DNA of 64,000 bases. It comes from Rhina ancylostomus (Eukaryota). This document shows positions 23,665-35,877 of this stretch, piece after piece. The DNA lies in assembly GCA_030265395.1 (NCBI GenBank), contig JARFYF010000002.1:51387899-51451898 (forward strand), in the 5' to 3' direction. Each line of letters starts with the position of its first letter. The stretch's first letter is position 1. A model generated the notes under the pieces. That model did not search any database. It had not been told where the DNA came from and was given only the letters and a program-made list of their open reading frames with translations. The position numbers and the translations under genes are program-made.

Positions 23665-25785
23665 AAACATTAAACATAGAATAATACAGTACAGTACAGG
23701 CCCTTTGGCCCACAATATTGTGCCGACCTATACAAACCTACTTCATGATCAATCTAACCCTTCCCTCCTACATGGCCTATAACCCTCTATTTTTCCTTAC
23801 ATACATGTGCCTATCTAAGAGTCTTTTAAATGTCCCTATTGTATCAGCCTGTATCACCAACTCTGGCAGTGGGTACCAGACACCCTCTGTGTAAAAAACC
23901 TACCTCTGACATCTCCCCTAAACTTTCCTCCTCTGACTTTAATCTGATGTCCTCTGGTATTGGCCATAGCCATCCTGTGGAAAAGGTGCTGTCTGTCCAC
24001 TCTATCTATGCCCCTTATAATCTTATTCACTTCTACCAAGTCACCTCTCTTCCTCCTTCGCTCCAAAGAGAAAAGCCCAAGCTCACCCAACCTTTTTCCT
24101 CATAGGACATGTTCTCTAATCCAGGTGGCAGCATGGTAAATCTCCTCTGCACCCTCTCTAAAACTTCCACATCTTCTTTAAGTGTGACCGGAATTGAATA
24201 CAATAGTCCAAGTGTGGTCTAATAAGAGTTTTATTGAGCTGCAACGTTACTTAGCAGCTCTTGAACTCAATCCCCTGACTAATGAAGGCCAGTACACCAT
24301 ACTCCTCCTTAACCACCCTATCAACTTGCATGGCAATTTTGAGGGACATGGACTTATGAGGAACCTATGGACCCCAAGATCCCTCTATTCCTCCACACTG
24401 CTAAGCATCCTGCCATTAACCTTGTACTCTGCCTTCAAGTTCTTTCTTTCAAAGTGCATCACTTCATACTTTTCTGGATTGAACTCCATCTGCCACTTCT
24501 CTACCCAACTCTGCATCCTCTCTATATCCGTTGTAACCTACGACAACTTTCTACACCATCCACAACACCTCCAACCTTTGTATAATCTGCAAGCTTACTA
24601 ACCCACCCCTCCACTTCCTCAACCAAGTCATTTATAAAAATCACATAGAGCAGGAGTCCCAGAATAGATCCCTGTGGAACACCACTAGTCACTGACCTCC
24701 AGACAGAATACTCTTCACNNNNNNNNNNNNNNNNNNNNNNNNNNNNNNNNNNNNNNNNNNNNNNNNNNNNNNNNNNNNNNNNNNNNNNNNNNNNNNNNNN
24801 NNNNNNNNNNNNNNNNNNATCTGCCACTTCTCTGCCCAACTCTGCATCCTGTCTATATCCCATTGTAACCTACAACAACCTTCTACACTATCCACGACAC
24901 CTCTAACTTTGTGTCATCTGCAAACTTACCAACCCATCCTTCCACTTCCTCATCCAAGTCATTTATAAAAGTCACAAAGAGCAGGGGTCTCAGAACTGAT
25001 CCTTGCAGAGCACCACTAGTCACCACCCTCCAGGCAGAATATTCTCCATTTATTACCACCCTTTGCCTTCTGTGGACAAGCCAATTCTGAATCCCTGCAG
25101 CCAAGTCTCCATGGATCCCATGCCTCATGACTTTCTGGATGAGCCTACTATGGGGAACCTTGTCAAACGCCTTACTAAAATCCATATACTGTGGATAGGT
25201 CATATCCACTATTCTACTTTCATCAATTTACTTTGTCATCTCCTCAAAAAACTCAATTAGGCTTGTGAGACATGACCTGCCCCTCACAAAGCCATGCTGA
25301 CTATCCCTAATAAGACTGTGCTTCTTCAAATGCTCGTAAATCCTGCCCCTAAGAATCCTCTCCAATAGCTTGCCCATCACTGACATAAGACACACTAGTC
25401 TATAATACCCAGGATTATCCCTATTACCTTTCTTTAACAAGGGAACAACATTTGCCATCCTCTAATCCTCTAGTACCATTTCTTTGTCAGGAAGGACACA
25501 CATATCATTGTCAATTCCCCAGCAATTTCTTCCCTCTCTTCCCGTAGTAACCTGGGATATATTCCATCGGGTCATGGGGACTTATTCTAATGTTTTTCAG
25601 AAGCTCCAACACTGCCTCTTTCTTAACCTCAACATGTTCCAGCCTGTTCTACCTGACCTTGCATTTGTTAAAGTCTCTCTCCCTAGTGAACACTGAAGCA
25701 AAGTATTTGTTAAGGACCTTCCCCTACCTCCTTTGCCTCCAGCCACATGTTTCTCCCTATATCCCTGACTGGTCCTACCCTCACA
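23665..25785 (-). mobile_element. CR1 ORF2 RT region plus 3' tail (possibly two copies joined at the 24719-24818 gap)
   Basis: 'ANVVPLLKKGNRDNPG', 'DSQHGFVRGRSCLTSLIEFFEE', 'YMDFSKAFDKVPH', 'GVPQGSILG...FINDL', 'KFADDTK', 'LGLFSLERRRKRGDL'; tail 'catagaataatacagtacagtacaggccctttggcccac'. Confidence 0.95.
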
Positions 25786-25842
25786 TTTTTTTGTGATTAA
25801 ACAAATCACAAAAAAATTCAAAAAGAGGATTTTTTTCCTTAC

Positions 25843-26125
25843 CTTTCATTTCTGCACCCCTACAATCCTCTTTGAAAGCAATGGAGTTTTGGATCCCACA
25901 TCAGGTCTAATCAATTCCCTTGTTAAAGCTGGGGAATTAAGCACAACCCAGCTCTGCTGATAGACGCCATCGAGTGTCCAGCCAGAGAGTGCATTGAAAA
26001 ATACCAAGCCAATTTGTGAGCACGAAGTTTGCCTATGCTTACGCAAAAGTCCTAGAGGTGCTGTCAGTTTATCCACAAATGTGGCCATTTAGCAGCCACT
26101 AGGAATTTTACCTGCTGCCATTTCC
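25843..26125 (-). other. Candidate exon containing an 80-codon ORF (26088-25846)
   Basis: Strong donor 'AAG|gtaagg' at 25843/25842. The ORF MATFVDKL...VGVQK stops just before the donor. The acceptor is weak and I recognise no homology. Confidence 0.2.
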
Positions 26126-26169
26126 TGCTGGAATTTTACTACACCCCAAAACAGCACCAGTTTGGATTG

Positions 26170-26460
26170 CCTCTTTTTATTCAGTTACTGGATGTGGGCA
26201 TTATTGGTGAGGCTTACATCTATTATCTGTCTCTTGTTGTTTTTGTGAAGTATCAATGAACCACTTTTCTAACTGCTGCCCGTCCTTCTGAAGGATGAAC
26301 GTTGGGTAGAGAATTTCACGATTTAGAACCAGTGATGAAGGACTGTATTTCCAAGTCAAGATGGTGTGTGATTTGGAAGGGAACCTGTGTTGTCATGTGC
26401 TTTTTGACCTTGTTCTTTCTAACAGTAGAAGTTGCAAGTTTAGGAGATGGTATCAAAGTA
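26170..26460 (-). mobile_element. CR1-like LINE 3' end (LF-SINE-like tail family)
   Basis: 'ggatgtgggcattattggtgaggcttacatctattatc...gggtagagaatttcacgatttagaaccagtga...tatttccaagtcaagatggtgtgtgatttggaaggg'. Confidence 0.6.
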
Positions 26461-28069
26461 TCCCATAGAAGAGCTCCAATCAGTTCTAAATACTACCTCA
26501 GAAAAGAACACACATATAATCAGCACTGACCAGCTCCAGGAACAGCTCCCTCTCCTGGTCATGACCTCCAGACCCTCCCAAGGTCTGCAATCTTTCCATC
26601 TCACCACACCATCATCTCCTATCAATGCTTCCCAGGCCACTGCTGATGACTAATCTTACTCTTGCTCAAAAAGGCTTTAACTAAATGTTGTAATGTACCA
26701 TTGGCTTGCCAACTGTGTATGTTAAGGAATTGTGAATGGAAGTCAACATGGAATGCAGTTGCTGGAAACCCAAAATAACAACAGCAAGTGCTTGAAATGC
26801 TCAGCAGGTCAGGCAGCATCTGGAGAGAATTGTGATTGCAAGCCACAATGGAGTTACATTCATGCATGATGATGGGAAGATCATTGAATAAGTTAATCAG
26901 GCTTGGGTCACTGTTCTGAATAACTCCAGCAGCGATGCCCTGGTTGCTGACAGCCGCAACCATCTCCCTGCTGCCAGTCACTGGGGAATATTTTCTATTA
27001 TGTTTAATTTTGTTGCCATTTTGAAAAAGGAGTTGATGATATTACAGGCAACTCTTCTCAGGCATTCTGTTTGGATAATAATTATAATGAGGCCAATGGT
27101 TTTAATGAAGCATACACTGATAATCAATGAGTGGATTATTGTAGGTTGATGTTATTCACAACACTGTTGCTGACTTCTTTCGTTATTGCACTAATGATTG
27201 GGAAGATGCTGCTAATGCCAGGTAAGATTGATGGTTCTTATTTCTGTAAATAGAGAAATCAATGGGTAGATGACATTGATAAATATACTCTAACANNNNN
27301 NNNNNNNNNNNTTTTTGGTGTCAACACCAGAAGGTCATCTGGCCTGCTATCTTTAACATTGCTTGAGGCATTTGTTGGTGCTCTACACATTGACCATATA
27401 GCATACCTAAAGCCTACTATTTCTAAGCCCAGCTTTCTTAAATGTGCTTTGTACCCAAGCATGAAATTGGAAAATTTGCCGCAGCATTTTTAAAAATAAG
27501 CATATCAAAAAAGCAAGAAGGATCAAGACAAGGAGATGCAATGTGCAGGTGTGGAAAATGTATTATGGAGATGGAGTTACCTTAAAGCAAATAAGAACAC
27601 AAGCAATGCCGTATGTGCTGAACAGTAACATCTGGGATGAATGAATCTAGGAAAGGCAAAAAAATCAGGTGAACTGTGATGATATGTTTTTTCCATTTAA
27701 GTTTGCTGTGTATTTTTTCAATCACTGGATATAGATGTTTCTGTAAGACCAACATTTTTGCACAACTTTAGTTGTCCCTGAACTGATTGGTCAGCCATTT
27801 CTGAGGCTAGTTAAGATTCAACATGCTGGTGTGGAACTGTTTTCACATATTGGCCAGACTTGATGAGAAAGCAGATTTCCTTCCCTCATGGAAGTTGGTG
27901 AATAGAATTAGTGTTCCTGGTAACCTCACAGATTCATGGTCACAACTGCTGTAGCTAGTTTTTTAACCCTAATTTCTTTAACTTGTTGAATTTAAAATTC
28001 CCATCTGTCAAGTCCCACATTTACAAATTCTGGATCATTAGTCCAGACCTGAATTCTTTGAAACATTGT

Positions 28070-28270
28070 AGCGACTTACCGTTAACGAAACGGCTCCCGC
28101 GATCGCAAGCGTTGTCGGAGGCCCCGATCCAAGATGGCACGGGGCACTCCTTCCTCTTCGTTGGGCTAGAAAGCCCGCGCGCAGGAAGGTCACGTGACCT
28201 ACGTGTGATGTCAACGCGGGAGCTGTGAGTCTTAAAGGGGTGGCACGCCCCGGTCGTTTATTCGACCCTT
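28070..28270. promoter_or_regulatory. Small CpG-island promoter with CLEAR/E-box palindrome, ETS and YY1 motifs
   Basis: About 23 CpGs by hand count in ~195 bp, within CpG-depleted DNA. Perfect palindrome AGGTCACGTGACCT at 28187-28200, CAGGAAG at 28182-28188, CAAGATGGC at 28130-28138. Confidence 0.75.
28080..28180 (-). ncRNA. Putative non-coding first exon (5' end approximate)
   Basis: Consensus donor 'ACG|GTAAGT' (GT at 28079-28078) at the island edge. YY1 GCCATCTT lies inside; no ATG on this strand. Confidence 0.5.
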
Positions 28271-30061
28271 TGACTTCAAACCATTGTCTCGTTTGATTCA
28301 TTCTAGCTAGCCGCTACAACATAATCATTATCTGTTCATTTCTTGACTCATGTGTGACCATGGGCAGCTACTGAATCAGTAGCTGATTGGATTGACTGAA
28401 AAGAAAGTCAAGGAATTAAAGGGTTTATTCTGTGCCATTTCAATTTGTCTGTGCACAATTTCATAATGACTAGTAATGGCAGCAGTTTGTGATTTGCTTT
28501 ATCTTCTTTGCGTTAAACTGCCATACCGTAGGAGAGGACTTTAAACCACTGATTTCATGACAAATACTGCTCAAGTATTTTCAGAACTTCAATTTATTTG
28601 ACAGATTTAGTATTTTTCTTTTTTTGATTTTTTTAAGTTTATTTTTGTTATACAGTAGAAACTCATTGTGCTTAGTGTTAGAAATCCCTGCATTTCTGTT
28701 CATTCCTTTTACTTATTTGTTGCATTTCCCACAGTTTATTTATATTCCCACATTCCCCAAACTCCAATGTTTTTATTTTCCAGTAAATTTTCTGTTCTTC
28801 CAGGTTATATCACATTCTGAAACTTGAACTNNNNNNNNAGAAAGGGATAGATTAGACTGATTGAGCAATGTCAACATGAGATTTAGCAGGTGTTTTTGAA
28901 TTATCCAAATGCTTGCAAAAATAGGACATATATAAATATTTGTCTCGCAACTAAGGAAAATGGCATGATGTGACTCACTGTTACCAAACTGCACATAAGC
29001 TGCATAATTTTCTTCAGAGAGAAAAGCATCCCAATACATTTGTTCTAAGGGAAGTTGACATTCATCTCATGAATAAGGCTGAATCATCCCACTTAAGAGC
29101 AACTGGGATGCTCATTTCATATAACAATTAGTCCTTAATTTCTGTGAATTTTACCAACACTTTTTTGAAACCAAATTAGTAAATAGGATAGTTACACTAG
29201 GAAATATCTAAGCTTACTAACAAATGATAGAAAAATTATACAAGAGCAATTTTTTTCTTATTATTGTTTTGTGCAAAGTACACATCAATCTAGTCCACAT
29301 TAAAATCAGAAATATGACTTAAATAAAATCTCCCTTATCTGATCTCTAATCTAAGGTCTGTACCTGTATGAGAGCTTTGGGCCCTTTTTGAGCATTGGAC
29401 TTGCATATGCCTGTTGAGCCAATGATGTCAAAGTATCTGTTGTCCTGCTTCCATGCATATGCTGTCATAGGCGTGGTGGATCCAGAACACATTTTTGAAA
29501 CTGTGTGACGTGTGTTTAGATCAAATTCCTATGTATAGTGCATAAAAATGCAGTGCAGCAGGGAAGGATTTCTAGCTCACAACCTGTGTAAGAGGTTTCA
29601 TTGTACACTATTTTAGTAGAGGCATTGAGGCGTTTATATAATGGGTTAATGTTTCTGTTAAAATAGAAAGGGGAATGTCATAAGAACGTGTCAAGCATTA
29701 GTCCACCGAGATCACTAGCTGTACTTTCTAGACTATCACTATTTTTAGCACGTTGGCTCTAGGCCAGAGATTTATGATAAAGAGCATTGGTTCCCACAAG
29801 GAACTGTTGTACTCTTTAGTATAATAACTGCCAAATGTCTGAAACACATTGACAGAACATCAAGGATGTTGTGTCAGCATCTGTATCAATCTGTACTTGA
29901 TCATTTAATATGTCTGAAAGTGATGACAAAAGTAAAAAAGAATTAATATAATCTTTAAAATAATAACTTTTTGGCCCTAATTTTTCTTTGGCAAATCAGC
30001 AGATAGTATATGTGTCGTGTGGAAAATGTGAGATAACCCCCAAGGTTAAGATATTTCTTGT

Positions 30062-30250
30062 AAAAACAGAAATACTCAGTGGGTCAGGGATCATCTGTAT
30101 ATAGAGAGACAGAGTTAACTTTTCATGTTGATGACCTTTCATCAGTTTTGATGACTCTGTTCCCCTCTTTAAAGTTGCTGCCTGACCGGCTGAGTATTTC
30201 CAAATATTTTGTGTTTATTTCAGATCTCTAACATCTATAGTTTGCTCTTT
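30062..30250. mobile_element. Head-to-head palindromic pair of Penelope pLTR fragments with hammerhead core
   Basis: The left arm (-) reads CTGATGAAAGGTCATCAACATGAAAAGTTAACTCTG. The right arm (+) reads 'tgatga-ctctgttcccctct...gctgcctgaccggctgagtatttcc'. Centre 'tcatcagttttgatga'. Confidence 0.7.
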
Positions 30251-31899
30251 GAAAATATGTGTATTTGTACCTATAGGAATTCACATAGGATTTGGTCAGG
30301 TGTATATTTTAAGACCATGGAAATAAGGAAAATGCATCATCCAATGTCTTTGCTCTATCTGCTGACAACTTGGGGCAGAAGTAGTGGAGCATACCCTTGG
30401 TAATCAACATTACTAATAGCCTGGGAATTTAGGATTCAAGCTTCTTCGAAAGCTGATTTCCCCACCATTGTCAGTTGCAGACCAATCAAGTGCAGCATGG
30501 AATTCATTCAATTCTAACATAGATGTGTTTTTGTTAATTGATCCTGCAACTCAGTCAGGCACCTTATACTATGGAAAGGCATCACAGGGTGTCCCTGAAA
30601 GAGAGTTTCCAGTTATGCAGTATGTGGAGCACGTGCCCACCTGTGTACCTTTCATCTCACATGTGGACCAGGATCTGAGGTGCAGTAGATAGGTAGTAAG
30701 ATAACTCCATCAAATATCAACTACCATTGCAGCTGCAAGGAAATGTGGGGTCTGTCTGTGTTGCAGGAATTAATCAATCAAAGCTTAAGTGAAATAAAGC
30801 AGTTCTGACACTCATTCCTGTAAGTTTTAAAGCCAGCCCTTCCTGGACCTATCTCTGCAACATTCTCCCTAAACCCATTCAACTTGCTACATCTCTCAGT
30901 GTCTTTAAAATGTCTCTTTGATTATGCCTTTGGTGAATTCTCACATCCTCTGTTGTTCTCCAGCTCATATGAAATGCTCCAGAATGCTTTATGTTTAAGA
31001 AACTAGAAAAAGAAAGTTGTTGTGAGAAGGTTGTTGTTAGACCCTGCAGCTGTCATTCAGAGAGCACTGACCTGTGATTAGATGAGGTTAAAATCTTGCC
31101 TCATTTGGACTGGAGATTTCTGTGAACTGATTGTGTGTATTTCACATGTATTTGGCTATGAAGTTAGATCATGCCTTTTCTGGTGTTCTTCTCATATGTC
31201 ATGCCAAAATCTGCTCTTTGTAATCACATCTATGAATAGTCTTGGTTTTACAAGTTCAGCTAGAATGTCATCCATATTTCCAAGTGGGTAGTGATTTCAT
31301 TTGAGAACTTTAAGTTCCCTTGGATTGTTGCACGGGAGCATTTTATTTCAGGATACTGACTTTCTGTCAACAGACTTATTGGATACTTGCCCACTAGTCT
31401 TTTGCAACTAGAGCTAGCTTTCAATCTGACAAATTTATGATTTGGATTTTGGAATCAATTTGCAGATTTCTTTTGAACATCCCCTCTCCTTTAGAAGATA
31501 TCCTGCATCTTGGCCAATGCTCCACCTTCACAGTATTGCTATGACTCACCTTCACAGGTTGCTCATGTTTAATGATTTGCAGCTGGAACAGATTTATGCC
31601 TATTTGGCATTACTCTGCCTCCTGTTGTTGGAATTTCAACAGTGGACTCTCCTATTCCTTAATGGTTTTATTTCTGTTTTGTTGAACAAGGACAGTGTGT
31701 GTGAGAGTGTATGCATGCAGGTAGCACAATGTGCAGCAATAAGAAGTAGCAAGCAATTTGGTTGTCAATTTTTTTTGCCAAAGTTGTCCCACATGAAAAC
31801 TGATGAAGATTACTGGTTTAGACCTGTCAGGAATTTGAACATTTCTATCAAATCACTTCTAGACCTTTTCTGATCTAGGAAAAATCCTAAATTCTGCAT

Positions 31900-33030
31900 C
31901 TATCCAAATAACTGAAGACCTTCTTTCCCCAGATCATTATAACATATCCTTCCTATAGCCTGTGACCTGAGTTGGATGTAGTACTCGAGTTTTGGGTAAA
32001 TCTGCACTTCCTAGAATTTCACATAACCTCGATGCTTTTGTACTCTATTTCTAAGCTCAGGATGTGGTTTGTTTATAATTTGCTTTCTGAAGATGTTCTA
32101 ACACCTCATAAGATTTATGCACAAATACCCAAAAGTCTCTCTGTTCCTGAACCCTTTTAGGATTGTACCCTTGATATTGTGTTACTGTTCTGCAGTCTGC
32201 ATACCAAAATGTATTAGTTGAACTTCTCTAAGTTAATTTTCATTTGCTATGTGTCCACCAGTTCTATGCAACCTCTTGAAAACTATCACTAGCCTCATTG
32301 TCTAGCACACAAGGTTTTTAGCATCTGCAAATTTTGAAATGTTGCAATGTACAACAAATCATTACATGCATCAAGAAAAGCAATGGCACTAATATCAGTC
32401 TTTTGGGTACACTATTGTATACCCTCTACCAGTTTGCTTAATATTGATCGCTATTTCATGCCCTAAACCAATTCTGTATCCAGGTTGTAACAACTTCTTT
32501 TATTCTGTGGGATTTCATTTTATGGGTGTCACCTGTACCTTTGAAAACCCACACACACATCAATTGCATTCCCATCTCCAACCTTCCCTGTAACCTCATC
32601 AAAAATTTAATTGTTACTTAATAATAATTTGCCTTTAAGAAACCCATACTGGTTTCCCTTCATTAATTTAAATAACTATCAATTTTATCCCTGATTATCT
32701 TTTCCAGCAGCTTCCCTCTAACTGAAATTAAACCAACTGGACTGTGGATACTGGAATTATCTTTATATCCTTTATTAAACAGTCATGAAGGGAACATTTC
32801 CATTTTTGTCATCTGGCATCAACCCTGTCTGAAAAGGTCTGAAAGATTATAGCCTCAATTTCTGCCCCTACTTCCCTCGGGATTCAGACCAAGTGATTTA
32901 TCTACCTTAACTTCTGCCAGCCTTTCTAGTGTCTGCTTCTTCTTAACCTATTCAGTATCTCAATTACATCTTCCTTTACTATAATTATGCCATTCCCTTG
33001 ATAGATGAAAGATTTATTTGGTACAGCCAC
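31900..33030 (-). mobile_element. Old, highly decayed CR1 ORF2
   Basis: Reverse of RT motifs, e.g. 'gcatctgcaaatttt' (KFAD) and 'aaacccatactgg' (QYGF). Confidence 0.65.
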
Positions 33031-33569
33031 TTAACATAGAATCAAATAAAACTGGCAAACATTTCTCTCTCATGATTTTGAGTGCTTAGCTGAAAGCACA
33101 TTGCTGCATGAAGCTTCTTTGGCTTCTACATTTCTTGCTTTTTAAAACATTCTGGTAAATTCAGAATGTGGCCATGGAATATTTGTTACCAATTCCATTA
33201 ATAAAAAAATTTACATTTTCAATACATATCAGATGTGTTTATTAATCATTTCATCAGTGTCCTGTCACGTTACAAGGATTTCAAGGTCAAAGGAAAATGG
33301 GCAACTTCCTGAACTGGATGAAAAGTTACTTTAATATTCATCTATTCATGGTGAGGGAATAGAGAAAGATCACCAGGTAAGGTAAGCACCTCTCTGGGCA
33401 ATCTTTCTTTAGACTTACTCTGGAGTAACGTTGATAAGAGTCAAATTCAGTCCCTCCTCCTGCTGGAGCCAAGGGTAATGCATTATTGAGACGTGAGTAT
33501 AGATAGAATGAGAAAAAACTTGCATATTTTTTCCACAGAATGACTCAAACACTATGAAAATAATCAAAT

Positions 33570-33842
33570 ATAGCTGACCCCTGCATTAAAGGGGAGTTGC
33601 ATTCCAAGAAAGCGGACTGTATCGCAATTTTCCTTAACACAAAGCCGTGTCATCTGCACATGTGTCAAGATACATGAGTTGAAAAGAAATAAATTTTCTG
33701 TTGACTTATTTACTATTATTCATATAAATTCAGTGAGAGCAAATTTTATTCTGTATCTCAAATCTTTGGGTAGTGATTTTTGAATTCTGTAAGGGTGAAT
33801 TTCCTAAGCCATAGCGGCCATAACACTGGGCATCCCTTGTAC
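33570..33842. mobile_element. Possible Tc1/mariner (Tigger-like) MITE relic
   Basis: Degenerate inverted ends 'tatagctgacccctgcattaa' and 'cataacactgggcatcccttgta', flanked by TA. Confidence 0.3.
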
Positions 33843-35259
33843 CTTTATAGAATTGTCATCCTTTAAAAGTAGCCAAATGCCAGAAGTGAGATATGGTTTT
33901 GTAATTTGTTTTACTGATGTGCAAATAAGAAAACATTACAACAGTTTGATCTTCCTTTTCTCACTTTGAGTTCTAAAATTTGGGATAATCACTAAGGCTG
34001 TATGGAAAGATGCAACTAACTGCTGTAAATACTCATTGGAAAACTCCTCTCAGGGCTTCATTTGCTACTGGAGTCTTTTGCAAATTTCGTTGCACTTTTA
34101 TCATGAAATCATGCCCAGTAATTTTAAATGAAGAAAACTTTACAACAAAGTAACCTCAGGTTTCTGATCTGTACTCTCAGCTCAAGAAGCTTTCATCAGT
34201 GGTTTGAAAGACTTCAAAATCAATTTTTATCCATGTTTTTGTGTTTATGCCCTTTTATTCATAAATTAGTGGCACATTATAATATTGATTTATTTTCTTT
34301 TGGCGACATTTTTTATGGTGTATTTTTCCTTCAGCTTTATTTTTGCCAAATCTGACAACTCATTACATTTTCTTTCTTGTTCTCATTTTCCCTTTCAGAA
34401 TGCCACAAGCTCTCATCTTCAGTTTTGTTTAGCAAATCTCAATGTCTTTCAGTTAACATATTTTGCAGATCCTATCTGTGAATAAGTTATTATTTATTAT
34501 AAGGTATTTATAGCATCTATAGACTTTAAAACATGAATTTTTTGAGTTGTGTTAATAATAGAAAGACAGACAATTGTCAGTGAGATCATTATGACAAAAA
34601 TATTACTGCGGGCAATTTACATTCTTTGCTCTGAAATGATAATTAGTGTACATCAATACAATTATGTTGTTTGTTGCTCCAATATGCCTGAATTAACAGA
34701 GGAGTCAAATAATATACAAATGAGTCATCTCTCTCCAGCTGCATCAAAATAACAATAAACTCAATAAGTATAGTATCGCAGGGTTCAAGAAAATATTATT
34801 TACAAAGCATTACCAGTTGTATCTTAACAGCAAAAAAAGGTGAGTTCATCACATTGTTTAAAATTACTTATTGTGAAAAAGTATTTATAAAGAATATATG
34901 AACATCAATAAACTGCATGTCCAGGTTAGAATTTATTATGTCAACTTTTACTAAATGACGTATCTGGAAAATCCAATATATATTCAGATTTACTAAACAT
35001 GCAGAAGTCATACACAATATTATACACACTAACTTGTCATTATAAATGGAAACTATGACAATGATGAGACTTAAAATGTTTCCTTTGTGTGCATTGGATC
35101 AGCATATCCCTCAAGTGCTGCCAGTATAAGTAAGTTATGGTTGTTCACAAGAGCGAAGGAATGGCTAAGACTCATGTCTCTGTGTGTAAAATTGCACAGC
35201 TCATTTATGGTAGAATGTGCTCCTGTATACTGTGCAGCCAAACAAAGCTGGTGGAACTT

Positions 35260-35412
35260 TGAAATATAAACAGAAAGTTGTAGAAACGCTCAGAAGGTCA
35301 ACCAGCATCAGGAAGTTCATATTCTGACAAAAAGTTCACTAAACTTAAAAGATACCCTTCCTCTCTGCGTGGATGATGAGTGTTTCCAGGATTTTCTTTT
35401 TTTTTATTGCAG
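35260..35412. mobile_element. Decayed palindromic Penelope pLTR pair
   Basis: 'aaacagaaagttgtagaaacgctcagaaggtcaaccagcatc...ttctgacaaaaag...tgagtgtttccaggattttct'. Confidence 0.5.
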
Positions 35413-35732
35413 TGAGTAATGCCACTATTTATTTTCTTTATAATTTCTTATCCAATATCCATTTATATAATTCTGACTTTCACTTGACTGAAAGTAGTGA
35501 CTCAGGCTGAAATGGGTGCTTTTTTGAAAAACCATATTTCTCTCAACTGTTTTCCAACACTTTCAGTAAACGGACCTTCTTCCTTCTGTATAAATGAATA
35601 ATGGTTGTTCACAAGGGAGAAGAATTGGTGAAGCCTCGTGTCTCTCTGATTTATGAAAGCTTTATTTTTTAAACCAATAATCAGCAGTTTAGAGAGCTGA
35701 GACTTGAGCATGAACGATTAACCTTTCTTGGA

Positions 35733-35877
35733 CTAAGATAAGATATCTTTATTAGTCACATGTACATCAAAACATAGTGAAATGCATCTTTTTGTGTAGA
35801 GTGTTCTGGGGGGCAGCCTGCAAGTACTGCCACACTTCTGGCGCCAACATAGCATGCCCACAACTTCCTAACCTGTA
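35733..35877 (-). mobile_element. V-SINE family A, 5'-truncated
   Basis: 'taagataagatatctttattagtcacatgtacatc...catgcccacaacttcctaacc', matching the tails at 1786 and 59513. Confidence 0.9.

Noticed and set aside
27359-27394. Peptide LLEAFVGALHID resembling the RNase III (Drosha/Dicer) helix motif
   Set aside because: It lacks the preceding catalytic Asp, flanks show no similarity, there are no supporting exons, and it sits next to a gap; most likely chance. BLASTX would settle it.
31442-31873. 143-aa hydrophobic ORF
   Set aside because: Non-ATG start, low-information L/F/S-rich composition expected from T-rich DNA, and no domain or splice support.
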